A stretch of DNA of 64,000 nt from contig JAWBAK010000002.1 of the NCBI GenBank assembly GCA_038997165.1, positions 3,083-67,082 of the forward strand. The letters run 5' to 3'. Below the pieces are notes generated by a model. It was not told the origin of the DNA. It worked only from the letters and a program-made list of their open reading frames with translations, and did no database searches. The translations under genes were made by a program, and so were the position numbers. Origin of the DNA: Candidatus Aenigmatarchaeota archaeon (GTDB taxonomy: Archaea; Aenigmatarchaeota; Aenigmatarchaeia; CG10238-14; SpSt-28). Position 1 is the stretch's first letter; the number at the start of each line of letters is the position of its first letter. Below are positions 10,129 through 19,917 of this stretch, one piece after another.

Positions 10129-10707
10129 TTATGCTGGTAATACTGTTACTGTTAATGTATATGCATCTGGCTTTGTTGCTGGATTCCAAACTACTTCTAA
10201 TTTAAAGTTTACTTGATTATTGTTTGGATTCAAAGTTATACCACTTATTGTTATCTTTTTGCTATCTTCGTCAGCGCTGATGGAATAACTATTACAACTA
10301 CTTGAACCTGGTGATGTTATTGTACAAGTTGTACCACCTATAGTTACATGATATTCTTTTATTTCCGTAAATAATCCCGTAAATCCATTATTTTCACTAC
10401 TATCAAGAGCAATTTCTACATTAACATCAGCCGAACCTTGATTTCCTTTGTATTTTATTGTAAATGAAGTTACTTCAGTTTTATCTCCTGCTGTTGCTGT
10501 TAGACTAACTTGATAAGGATTTTGGTAACCATACTCTTGATTATTGCTATCTACTATTACTACTCCTTGCTTTACTTCTATTGTTGCTACTGCTGATGCA
10601 TAGTATTCTAGAAGTCCTGCTATTGATAGTGCTGCTAGACCAAAGATTGCTAAAAATATTGCTAAAACTTTTATAGCTGCTTTGTTTGCGTTTGATCTTT
10701 TTGACAT
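10129..10707 (-). CDS. secreted Ser/Thr-rich protein, putative major filament subunit
   Basis: Signal peptide then SIAGLLEYYASAVATIEV; beta-sandwich-like body ending YTLTVTVLP; start taken at MSKRSN. Confidence 0.62.
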   Translation of the reverse strand: MSKRSNANKAAIKVLAIFLAIFGLAALSIAGLLEYYASAVATIEVKQGVVIVDSNNQEYGYQNPYQVSLTATAGDKTEVTSFTIKYKGNQGSADVNVEIALDSSENNGFTGLFTEIKEYHVTIGGTTCTITSPGSSSCNSYSISADEDSKKITISGITLNPNNNQVNFKLEVVWNPATKPDAYTLTVTVLPA

Positions 10708-10788
10708 GAATATAATAGGAAAGAAAGTATTTAAAGCTTTCGTTAGTGCAAATTTCAATAAGTGCATAAAACTTAAAAAAATCCTTTT

Positions 10789-12240
10789 TTAAGCCAAAAT
10801 TTTTGGGATTTCTTCAATTTTTACTCTAATTTGCTCTTTTGTATTTCTATTTCTAATTGTAACAGTATTATCTTGCAAAGTTTGATAATCTATAGTAATG
10901 CAATAAGGAATTCCAATTTCATCCGCTCTTGCATATAATTTTCCAATAGAATCGCTAACATCAAAAATTACATCATCTTCAAAATATTTCTTCAAAAATT
11001 CATAAACTTCTCTAGCTTTTTTAATAATTTCTTCTTTATTCCTAACTAATGGAAAAACAGCAATTAAGTAAGGAGCTATTTCTTTTGGAAAATCAAACCA
11101 TAACCAATCTCTATCTTCTCTTAGCTTTTCAAAAAATATTGCCAAAATTATTCTATCTATTCCAAAAGAAGGTTCGACAACATGTGGAATAATTCCTTCA
11201 AAACTTAAATTTTCTTTACTATGTTTCATATGTGTAGATAAATCATAATCTGTTCTATATGCGTTTCCGACAATTTCTTTCCAACCTATTTCATCAAAAT
11301 AATATTCTAAATCGAAATTTCCAGCGGAATAGAATGGGGTTTCTTCTTCTAAAACATGTCTAAATCTTAATTTTTCTTTAGGAAAATTTAAAATTTCTGT
11401 AAAGAAAATAAACTCCTTAGCTAAAAAATATGCTTGCCATTTTGACTTTACAATATTTTTTTCTATTAATTCTTTTATCGAAAAAAATTCAACTTTATCT
11501 TCTTTTTTTCTTTGTGCTTCTCTAGTTAATATCGGAATTTTTATATCTAAATATTTTTCTATTGGACATTTTTCATCGCTAGGATTAAAAAATAATTCAA
11601 TTTCTGCTTGAGTAAAGCTTCTCATTCTTATTAAAAATTGTCTTGGAGAAATTTCATTTCTAAAAGAATAACCTATTTGTATTATTGCAAAAGGCAATTT
11701 TTTTCTATAGGCTTTTGCAATTCTTTTAAAATCAACAAAAATATTTTGTGCAGTTTCTGGCCTTAAATAAGCATCTATAGCATCTAAACTTCCTATAAAA
11801 GTTTTTAACATTAAATTGAATTCTTTTACATCTTCTAACTCTCCATTACATTCTAAACATCTTATATTATTTTTCTTTATTATTTCATTTAATTCTTCAA
11901 TACTTTTTCCCTCTACAAAAATTCCTAAAACTTCTTCTATTAAATTATCTGCTCTATATATTTTTTTACATTTTTTACATCTAGTAATAGGATCGCTAAA
12001 TCTTTCTAAATGTCCACTGGCTTCAAAAACTTTTCTTGGCAATACTATATTTCCTTCAATTTCAACAAAATTTTCTTCTTTAAAAAACTTTTTCCAAATT
12101 TTTATTAATTTTTGCTTAATTCTTAAACCTATTTCTCCATAATCAAAAAATCCAGATAATGAACCATAAATTTCTGCTGTAGGAAAAATAATTCCTCTTT
12201 TTAAGCATAGATTATATATTTTATCTAATTTACTTTCCAT
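10789..12240 (-). CDS. glyS: glycine--tRNA ligase (alpha2 type)
   Basis: YLRPETAQ, FRNEISPR, PHVVEPSFGIDR, anticodon domain YARADEIG. Confidence 0.96.
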   Translation of the reverse strand: MESKLDKIYNLCLKRGIIFPTAEIYGSLSGFFDYGEIGLRIKQKLIKIWKKFFKEENFVEIEGNIVLPRKVFEASGHLERFSDPITRCKKCKKIYRADNLIEEVLGIFVEGKSIEELNEIIKKNNIRCLECNGELEDVKEFNLMLKTFIGSLDAIDAYLRPETAQNIFVDFKRIAKAYRKKLPFAIIQIGYSFRNEISPRQFLIRMRSFTQAEIELFFNPSDEKCPIEKYLDIKIPILTREAQRKKEDKVEFFSIKELIEKNIVKSKWQAYFLAKEFIFFTEILNFPKEKLRFRHVLEEETPFYSAGNFDLEYYFDEIGWKEIVGNAYRTDYDLSTHMKHSKENLSFEGIIPHVVEPSFGIDRIILAIFFEKLREDRDWLWFDFPKEIAPYLIAVFPLVRNKEEIIKKAREVYEFLKKYFEDDVIFDVSDSIGKLYARADEIGIPYCITIDYQTLQDNTVTIRNRNTKEQIRVKIEEIPKILA

Positions 12241-12247
12241 AAGTTTT

Positions 12248-13222
12248 TTACTCTACAATTTTATATTCTTCAATATTTTTCGAAATTTCTTTTATAGTTT
12301 TTATAGTATCTTCAAATTCTTTTAAATTAATATCAAAAAATTCTTTACTCGTTTCTATTTCGTTTATTTTTTCTTCAATTTTAGAAATTTTCTCTTTTAA
12401 TTGATTAATTTGCTCTTTTAATAAACTCATTTCATTATTTATCTTTTCTTCAATAATTTTTTTAATATCTGAAAGATTTTCTTCTTTAGTTGTAAATTTT
12501 TTGGCTTCTTTTCTTATTGATTCTAAAGAGTTTATTATTAGTTCTATTTTCATAGAATTTTCTTTAATAAAGCTATTAATTTTGCTATTCATTTCATTTA
12601 TTCTTTTTTCAAGATTTTCTTTTATTTGGTTAATAGTGTTTTCAAACAAATATAAATTCTGAATTCTATTGCTTACATTTTCTTCCAAAGCTTTGATTTC
12701 GCTTTTCAAATTTTCTATCGACTTTTCCAAAACATTCGTTTTTTCAAAATTTTCTTGCGCTATAGCATCGATTCTTTTGTTTAATTGTTCAGACAAAGCT
12801 TCAAACGAATGAATTCTATTGCTTACATTTTCTTCCAAAGCTTTGATTTCGCTTTTCAAATTTTCTATCGACTTTTCCAAAACATTCGTTTTTTCAAAAT
12901 TTTCTTTTAAATTTTTTAAATCTTCGGAAATTTTCTGTAAATTGTTTATGTATTCGCCACTTTTCGAAATATTAGCTTGAATATTTTCTAAAAATTTAAC
13001 ATTATTTTTTAAATTAATCAATTCCATTAGAAGAATATTTAGCGAATCTTCAATATTTTCGGCCTTTTCTTCAAAATTTTTTATTTTTTCCAATCTTTTT
13101 TCAATTTCTACTATTTCCTTTTTTATTACATTTATATCTTCGAAAAACTCTTTTGGCAAATTTTTAATATAAAGTGCCAATTTTTCGTAATCTAAATTTT
13201 TAGCTATTTCTTTAATTTCCAT
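12248..13222 (-). CDS. coiled-coil hypothetical protein
   Basis: E/K/I/L/N heptad-rich over the whole length; internal exact duplication. Confidence 0.75.
   Translation of the reverse strand: MEIKEIAKNLDYEKLALYIKNLPKEFFEDINVIKKEIVEIEKRLEKIKNFEEKAENIEDSLNILLMELINLKNNVKFLENIQANISKSGEYINNLQKISEDLKNLKENFEKTNVLEKSIENLKSEIKALEENVSNRIHSFEALSEQLNKRIDAIAQENFEKTNVLEKSIENLKSEIKALEENVSNRIQNLYLFENTINQIKENLEKRINEMNSKINSFIKENSMKIELIINSLESIRKEAKKFTTKEENLSDIKKIIEEKINNEMSLLKEQINQLKEKISKIEEKINEIETSKEFFDINLKEFEDTIKTIKEISKNIEEYKIVE
12660..12906. repeat. exact 97-bp direct repeat, 150-bp period (12660-12756 and 12810-12906)
   Basis: Identical DNA encoding ENFEKTNVLEKSIENLKSEIKALEENVSNRI twice. Confidence 0.92.
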
Positions 13223-13251
13223 AAAAATAATTAATTATCATTTAATTATTA

Positions 13252-13998
13252 ATGAGAAAAATTGGGGATCCAAAAGAAAATGAATTAGTAATTTGTATAC
13301 CAAAGGATATATCTCCATATTCAATTACATGTAATATATTAGAATATCCAGAATACACAGGAATAATTAATATTAACGAAGTATACGTAAGATGGATTGA
13401 AGATATTAGAGAATATGTAAAAATAAATAAAACATATGTAGCAAAAGTTTTACAAGTCGATAAAAACAAAAAAATTGTAACTTTAAGTTTAAAAAGAGTT
13501 AAAGAAGAAGAGGAAAAGAAAAAGAGAGAGGAATTAAGATTAGAAAATAGATATGAAAAAATTTTAGAATTATCAGCTAAAAAATTGGGAAAAACATTAG
13601 AAGATGCATATAAAGAATTTGGATATGAAATTCTTAAAAATTTTGATAGCTTATCTAACTTTTTTATAAATCATAAAGATAAAATAGAAAAATTTATTCC
13701 AAAAGAATGGATAGAAGTTATAAAAGAATTATTAGAAAAAAAAGAGGAAAAAGTTTATGAAATTTCTTATATTGTAAAAGCTTCGACTTTTAAAACAAAT
13801 GGTTTAGAAATTATTAAAAATTATTTTCTAAATTTCGAAAATAAAAATATAGAAGTAAAATATTTGGGCTCTGGAAAATATTTAGTTAGAAAGATTTCTA
13901 AAAATCCAAAAAAAGATGAAAAAGAATTAATAAAATTAATCGAAGAGGGAAAAAATTTTTTCGAAGTTTTTGAATATAAAAAACATGAAAAAGATTAA
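13252..13998 (+). CDS. eif2a: translation initiation factor aIF2 alpha
   Basis: N-terminal S1 domain (P.ENELVI, LEY, LSLKRV); aIF2a-nop10-PAC2 gene order. Confidence 0.88.
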   Translation: MRKIGDPKENELVICIPKDISPYSITCNILEYPEYTGIININEVYVRWIEDIREYVKINKTYVAKVLQVDKNKKIVTLSLKRVKEEEEKKKREELRLENRYEKILELSAKKLGKTLEDAYKEFGYEILKNFDSLSNFFINHKDKIEKFIPKEWIEVIKELLEKKEEKVYEISYIVKASTFKTNGLEIIKNYFLNFENKNIEVKYLGSGKYLVRKISKNPKKDEKELIKLIEEGKNFFEVFEYKKHEKD

Positions 13999-14146
13999 GA
14001 AATGCATAAATTGCAAAATATATACAATGCAAGACATTTGTCCAAAATGTAAAAATCAAACAAAAATTGCTCATCCACCAAATTTCAAATTTGTAAAGTA
14101 TCTTAAATATATTCAAGCAACAAATAATTATGGCAATAATAATTAA
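13985..14146 (+). CDS. nop10: Nop10 family zinc-ribbon protein, not in ORF track
   Basis: MKKIKKCINCKIYTMQDICPKCKNQTKIAHPPNF; conserved position between aIF2a and PAC2. Confidence 0.88.
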   Translation: MKKIKKCINCKIYTMQDICPKCKNQTKIAHPPNFKFVKYLKYIQATNNYGNNN

Positions 14147-14897
14147 GGAATTCAAAAAAATAAAAACAAAGAATGGAATTTTTATTGAAGGAATGCCAGG
14201 AGTTGGAAATGTTGGATTAATAGCAGCTAGTTATTTAGTAGAGCAATTAAAGCCAGAAGTTTTTGCAGAATTACATACTGGCTATTTTGGACATGCAGTA
14301 TTAATAAAACCAAATGCCGAAATTCAACTTTTAAAAGGAACATTTTATTATTATAAAAATCGAGGAAAGGAAATTGTTTTTTATATTGGTGATCAACAAG
14401 CTATTTCTCCAGAAAAGACATTTGATTTGGTAAATAAAATATTGTCATATCTTAAAAAAATTGGAATAAAAACTGTAATAACTTTGGGCGGAATTCAAAA
14501 AGGATATCCAACAAAACAAAGAAAAGTTTACGGAGCTGTTAGCGAAGAAAAAGTTAAAGAAAAATTTAAAAATTTAAAAATTGATTTTGATAATGTAAGT
14601 AAAGATGTTGGAAGCATTATTGGGGCTGTTGGAATGCTAACAGGTTACGCAAAATATTATGGATTAGAAGGTTTATGTTTATTATCAGAAAGTTTTTCAA
14701 CACCTTTTGTACCAGATCATAAAGGGGCAAAGGCGCTATTAGAAGTATTAGAAAAGATATTAGAAATAGAAATTGATTACTCTAGAATTAATAAAAAAAT
14801 TAAAGAGCAAGAATCTATAGAGGAAAAATTATCTAAAGTTCCAATATCTCAACCAAAAGAAGAAGTTGAAGAGAAAAAGTTATCATATTTAGGTTAA
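14130..14897 (+). CDS. PAC2 family (proteasome assembly chaperone) protein
   Basis: IEGMPGVGNVGLIAA, GDQQ, ITLGG, IIGAVG, PDHKGAK. Confidence 0.9.
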   Translation: MAIIIKEFKKIKTKNGIFIEGMPGVGNVGLIAASYLVEQLKPEVFAELHTGYFGHAVLIKPNAEIQLLKGTFYYYKNRGKEIVFYIGDQQAISPEKTFDLVNKILSYLKKIGIKTVITLGGIQKGYPTKQRKVYGAVSEEKVKEKFKNLKIDFDNVSKDVGSIIGAVGMLTGYAKYYGLEGLCLLSESFSTPFVPDHKGAKALLEVLEKILEIEIDYSRINKKIKEQESIEEKLSKVPISQPKEEVEEKKLSYLG

Positions 14898-14950
14898 TCA
14901 GAACTTGAGTGAGTTATCATTAAATCAATGGATTAGATATTCATCATCAT
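14898..14950 (-). ncRNA. box C/D methylation guide sRNA
   Basis: Minus strand: ATGATGA(C)-ATATCTAATCCA-TTGA(D')-TTTA-ATGATA(C')-ACTCACTCAAGTT-CTGA(D); canonical archaeal spacing. Confidence 0.8.
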
Positions 14951-14964
14951 AATATATTTTTGCC

Positions 14965-15020
14965 CTCTCAGCACTTAAGGGTTATTTCATTTTTCTTTCT
15001 GCCCATCATACATCATTGAG
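14965..15020 (-). ncRNA. second, less canonical box C/D sRNA
   Basis: Minus strand: CTCA-ATGATGT(C-like)...ATGAAA(C'-like)-TAACCCTTAAGTG-CTGA(D)-GAG with a short CTC/GAG terminal stem. Confidence 0.55.
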
Positions 15021-15066
15021 TTTGGCATAATATCAAATTATTTTATATTTAAAAAAACAATAATTT

Positions 15067-18000
15067 ATGATAAATAAAAGAATTTCTTTCGCGCTAATTT
15101 TCTTTCTAACTTTTTTATTTATAGAATTATCTTTCTCTAATTCTGCATATTTAATTCAAAAAGAAAAATTAGACGAAATATTAAAAAATAATAATTTTAT
15201 AATCTTATCTAAAATAAAATGTTATTTCGATAAAATATGTGCTTTAGATAAACCAATTAAAGGTTTTGAAAGTTATTTTTTTGAAGATAAGAAAATATTT
15301 AAAATTCATAGATTAGAGAGTTTATCAATTATAGATGCATATAGAGTTTGGAATACTAGTTTTGAAAATTTAAATTTAACTGGAAATAGTGTAAAAATTG
15401 CCATTTTAGATACTGGTATAGATATTTATCATCAAGATTTAAATTATTCTCTAGATAGTTGGAAATGTTTTTATTCTATTAACGAAAATGTTATAGAAAA
15501 TGATTGGAGCTATTGTAACGATGATAATGGTCATGGAACTCATGTAGCTGGAATAATTGCAGCTAGATATTTAGGAAATATTTCAAAGTGCTTTGAAGGA
15601 TATCCATGCGGAATAGCACCCAACGCAACATTATTTATTGCAAAAGTTTTTGATTCTAATGGATATGCATATTTAATAGATATACTAAATGCTTTAGAAT
15701 GGGCAGTTAATAATAGTGTAGATATTGTTTCTATGAGTTTTGGTATAGACTTATCGAGTTTTGGATTAAATTCATGCTATCCTCTTGGAAATTCTAGTTT
15801 AGAAAAAGCAATATATCTTTTTAATAGCTTATTAGATGAAATTTCTATTAAATACAATATAATTTTTGTAGCTTCCATAGGCAATAATCCTAATTCAATA
15901 TCTTCACCAGCATGCGCGAAAAATGTAATTGGAGTAGGTGCTATTAATAAAAATAAAAATATAGCATATTTTAGTTCAAGAGGTCCTATAGATAATAGAA
16001 TTAAACCAGATATAGTTGCTCCAGGCGTAAATATAAATTCTACCTTTCCAATAAATTCATATAAATCATTGAGTGGAACTTCAATGTCAACACCTTTTGT
16101 AAGCGGTGCTTTAGCTATTTTGATAGAAGCATTAAGAGAGAATAATATTTCTTATTCTTCTCAAGAATTAAAAGCAATTCTTTTAACTTCTCCAAACGAA
16201 GAATTTAGAAATAATATTTTTGGAAGTGGAGTTTTAAATGTTACTGAATTAATAAGAATTAGAAATAATTTTTTAACATTAAATATTGAAAAAAACGAAA
16301 CTTTAAGATTTAAAGTAAATAAAACAGATAATTATCCTTTCAAATTTACTATTTATAGGCATGAAAGATTTGAAGATTTAAATTTAGTTAGAGTAAGAAT
16401 AATTAAAGATAATAATGTAATTTTTGAAAGCGAAACCTTCGATAATGTCTTTCAATATAAAAATAATAGCTTAAGTGGAGAATTTTATATAGATGTAGAT
16501 ATTAAGATAATCAATAAAAGCAATACCAGCAATAAACAATTAAATCTTTTTACTTTTACATTTTCTCATAAAGTTTTAAATTTAACTGAATATCTTGAAG
16601 AAAATTTAAATAATTCTGTAGTATCGATGCTCAATGTTATTATTGATTCTCCAATAGAATTAAAATTAAATTTAGCAAATAGAACAATTAGAATTTTTAT
16701 TAGAGATTTTTCTGGTAATCCTATAGTAGCAGATAAAATAAATATTACTATATTAAATATTTCAGATAAAATTGTAAATACAACAGCTTATTTCAATAAA
16801 TCCGAAATTAATTTTACACTTCCGCCTAATCTAAATGAAAATTATTATAAACTTTATGTTATTGCTGAAAAAGAAAAAAGATTTGGAATTGCATATATTA
16901 ATTTTACTTATTTCTCATTCGAATTTTTAAGTCCTAGGGAAATTTTAAAGGTAATGAATGGAGATATTTTAAATATAACATTAAGATTTAATTATACAAA
17001 TATAAGTGTTTCACAAGCTTATTTGTATCTTGAAAATAATACAAATAAAAATATTTCTCTTAATTTTTCAAAAGAAAATTCAATTATAAGTAATATAACA
17101 TTAATTAATTTAGAGGAAGCAGGTAAATATTATTTATTCTTAAATATTTCTTTAGATGAAAATAACGGTGAATACTTTATTTTAAATCTTCCATTAATAG
17201 AATTTTCGCCAATATTTGATTATAATATTTCTTATCTTAAAAATTTGTTTGCAGATAAAGAGTATGTCTTTAATGTTTCGATCTTTCATATTAACGGAAC
17301 GAAACTTCAAATTAATAAAACTTTATGCATAGAAAATTCTACAACAAAAATATTTTGTAATTCTACAATTGATGATAGTGTTAGAATTCTTACAAACGTA
17401 TCTTTTGAGGGATTTTATAATCTTACTATAAATGTATTACACAACTCTAACTATTTAAATAAAAGTTTTCCAATAAAAATTGAATTTGAGCCAAATATTT
17501 TAATAATTGAGTTAGAAAAATCAACATTTACTATTTTTGAGCGACTAAATTTATCAGCAAGATTAATAAATTCTACAAAAAATTCTGAATGTACTTTTTG
17601 CAAAATATTTGTAAACATGACAGATAGCGAAGGAAGAGTAATATTCTTAAATAAGGAGTTAGAAGAGATTAAAAACATAAAAATTCCTAAAGACTTTAAA
17701 AAAGGAGTATATAATTTAACTCTTTTTTCAAAAATAAATCCAATTATTATAAATACAACTCAAATAAACGTAGAAACTTTAGATATTTCAACTAATGTTT
17801 CAGAAATGATATTTCCTAACTATCACAATGTTACAATAAATATCTCTATAAGTGAAAATGCAAATGTTAGTATAAATATAACTAAATATAATGTTAGTGG
17901 AATATTTCAAATAGTTTTAGATCCTTCGAATATAATTGATGGTTGTACTCCTGAAATAAATTCAGAAGGAATTTTGTGGTGTAATCAAACTAATAATATT

Positions 18001-19917
18001 ATTTTATCTATAAATTCTAGTGAAACTGCCACATTCTATATCGAAATTATTGCATTTGGGGAAAATTTAAATGGATATCTATTAGATAAATTTTATTCTG
18101 GTTTTTTAATTAGGCCATTAGAAAAAATAAATAGAAATGGTTGCGATGATATAAGAAGCGAAGACACTTTTTTAAATCCATTTATTAGGAATCATTGTTT
18201 TATAGATGAAAAGAATCAAAAAGATTTAGCAATAAATAAAAACGAAAAAATTAAATTTTTGGCAATCGCTTATGCAGGTGCTACATTAGATAAAAATATT
18301 TCAGTAAATGTAACTATAAATGTAACAGATGACTCTAATCTTACTATTTTTCAGAATACATCAAGTTTTAAAGATTTAATAAATTTTGAAATATTTAATT
18401 TCACAAAAAAAGGATTATATTTAATTAACTTAACTTTTGAGTTTAATAATATAACTAAAATAGAAACTTATAATTTAAGTGTTTATGAATTAAACTTTTC
18501 TATACAAATACCTAAAAATTACACCAAAGTTAATGATATATTAAGTATTTTTATTTTTGTTAATAGAACAAATGGAATTTCTGAAGAAATAATAAATAAC
18601 ATAACTTCTATATTTCTTTTAACACAAAATGCTAAAATAAAAAATTATAGATATGATAAATCATTACAAAAAATAGAAATTAACATTTCTTTTTCTAATC
18701 CATTTTTTGGAGATATAACTTTAAAAATTGAAGACGAATTAGGAATAGAAAGTAATATAACTATTAGAAATCTTACAGCATATCATTATGAAATTGAAAT
18801 TTCTTATCCAGAAACAGTATTCGTAGATATGGTATTTGCAGTAAAGGCTAGTTCTAAATTATTGCCCTCAAATATAAATATTCAAGCAAATTATACTATA
18901 GAGTATAGTGGAACGTGTTCTTTAGTTTCATCGAAAAATATTTTAAATACTAAAGAGGCATCTTTCATATTTAATGCAACTGATATTGGTGAGTGTAGTA
19001 TTAATATTAATTCAAACGCTACTTATTTAGATCTATTTTTTGAAAGTTATGGTCAAGCAAAAATTTCTATTTTATCTCCTCCTAAAAAAACAGAACCAAT
19101 AGAACTTCCTCAAATTCAACAATTAGCATTACTTATAAGAAAAGCTTCGGATATAATTGAAATAAAGGAAAATTCCTGGAACACAACTGTAATTTTTGTA
19201 AAAAGTATTGGTAGGAATATGAATGTTTCAGCAAAAATATTAAATTATCCAGAACATTTAGTTCAAATAATTCCTCCTAAACAATTAATCGAAGCTGATA
19301 AAGAAGGAATATTTTTGTTTAACATTTCTTTAGATAAAAATGAGACAAGAGAAGAATTTAACATAACTATTTTGTTTAATGGAAGTTTTATTACTAATAA
19401 AACTGATTTAAAGATTAAAGTTTTACGATTAAAGATAGAGGACAAAAAAATAGAATTAGAAAACGAAATTAGAGAATTGGAGAACGAAATTTCTGAATTA
19501 GAAAACAAAATAATAGAATTAAACCAAAGAGAATTATTAGACGAAATTTTAAATATAAAAAATTTGTTAGATTTAGCAAAAGAAGAGTTAAATAAAGGAA
19601 ATATAGCAAAAGTAATGGAAATTATTAACGATATAAAAAATTCAATAAACTATATAAAAAATTCAATAAACTATGTTAAGAATAAGTTAAATGAACAGCA
19701 AACAAAAGTAATGGAAAAACCAAACAATTTTACATTTTTATTAATAATTTTATTAATTATTGCTGGAATTTCTGCAATAATTTTTGTATTATTTATATAT
19801 CCAAAACTTAAATTTAAAAAACCATATTATGATATTAAAAAACAAAAATTTGTTTGGACAAAAGAAGATGAATCTGTTTGGGAAAAGCTGAAAGAAAAAT
19901 GGAGGAAAAAACAATAA
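15067..19917 (+). CDS. large membrane-anchored S8 (subtilisin-like) serine protease
   Basis: ILDTG, HGTHVAG, GTSMSTP triad; long N-x-S/T-rich beta region; coiled coil; C-terminal TM. Confidence 0.92.
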   Translation: MINKRISFALIFFLTFLFIELSFSNSAYLIQKEKLDEILKNNNFIILSKIKCYFDKICALDKPIKGFESYFFEDKKIFKIHRLESLSIIDAYRVWNTSFENLNLTGNSVKIAILDTGIDIYHQDLNYSLDSWKCFYSINENVIENDWSYCNDDNGHGTHVAGIIAARYLGNISKCFEGYPCGIAPNATLFIAKVFDSNGYAYLIDILNALEWAVNNSVDIVSMSFGIDLSSFGLNSCYPLGNSSLEKAIYLFNSLLDEISIKYNIIFVASIGNNPNSISSPACAKNVIGVGAINKNKNIAYFSSRGPIDNRIKPDIVAPGVNINSTFPINSYKSLSGTSMSTPFVSGALAILIEALRENNISYSSQELKAILLTSPNEEFRNNIFGSGVLNVTELIRIRNNFLTLNIEKNETLRFKVNKTDNYPFKFTIYRHERFEDLNLVRVRIIKDNNVIFESETFDNVFQYKNNSLSGEFYIDVDIKIINKSNTSNKQLNLFTFTFSHKVLNLTEYLEENLNNSVVSMLNVIIDSPIELKLNLANRTIRIFIRDFSGNPIVADKINITILNISDKIVNTTAYFNKSEINFTLPPNLNENYYKLYVIAEKEKRFGIAYINFTYFSFEFLSPREILKVMNGDILNITLRFNYTNISVSQAYLYLENNTNKNISLNFSKENSIISNITLINLEEAGKYYLFLNISLDENNGEYFILNLPLIEFSPIFDYNISYLKNLFADKEYVFNVSIFHINGTKLQINKTLCIENSTTKIFCNSTIDDSVRILTNVSFEGFYNLTINVLHNSNYLNKSFPIKIEFEPNILIIELEKSTFTIFERLNLSARLINSTKNSECTFCKIFVNMTDSEGRVIFLNKELEEIKNIKIPKDFKKGVYNLTLFSKINPIIINTTQINVETLDISTNVSEMIFPNYHNVTINISISENANVSINITKYNVSGIFQIVLDPSNIIDGCTPEINSEGILWCNQTNNIILSINSSETATFYIEIIAFGENLNGYLLDKFYSGFLIRPLEKINRNGCDDIRSEDTFLNPFIRNHCFIDEKNQKDLAINKNEKIKFLAIAYAGATLDKNISVNVTINVTDDSNLTIFQNTSSFKDLINFEIFNFTKKGLYLINLTFEFNNITKIETYNLSVYELNFSIQIPKNYTKVNDILSIFIFVNRTNGISEEIINNITSIFLLTQNAKIKNYRYDKSLQKIEINISFSNPFFGDITLKIEDELGIESNITIRNLTAYHYEIEISYPETVFVDMVFAVKASSKLLPSNINIQANYTIEYSGTCSLVSSKNILNTKEASFIFNATDIGECSININSNATYLDLFFESYGQAKISILSPPKKTEPIELPQIQQLALLIRKASDIIEIKENSWNTTVIFVKSIGRNMNVSAKILNYPEHLVQIIPPKQLIEADKEGIFLFNISLDKNETREEFNITILFNGSFITNKTDLKIKVLRLKIEDKKIELENEIRELENEISELENKIIELNQRELLDEILNIKNLLDLAKEELNKGNIAKVMEIINDIKNSINYIKNSINYVKNKLNEQQTKVMEKPNNFTFLLIILLIIAGISAIIFVLFIYPKLKFKKPYYDIKKQKFVWTKEDESVWEKLKEKWRKKQ

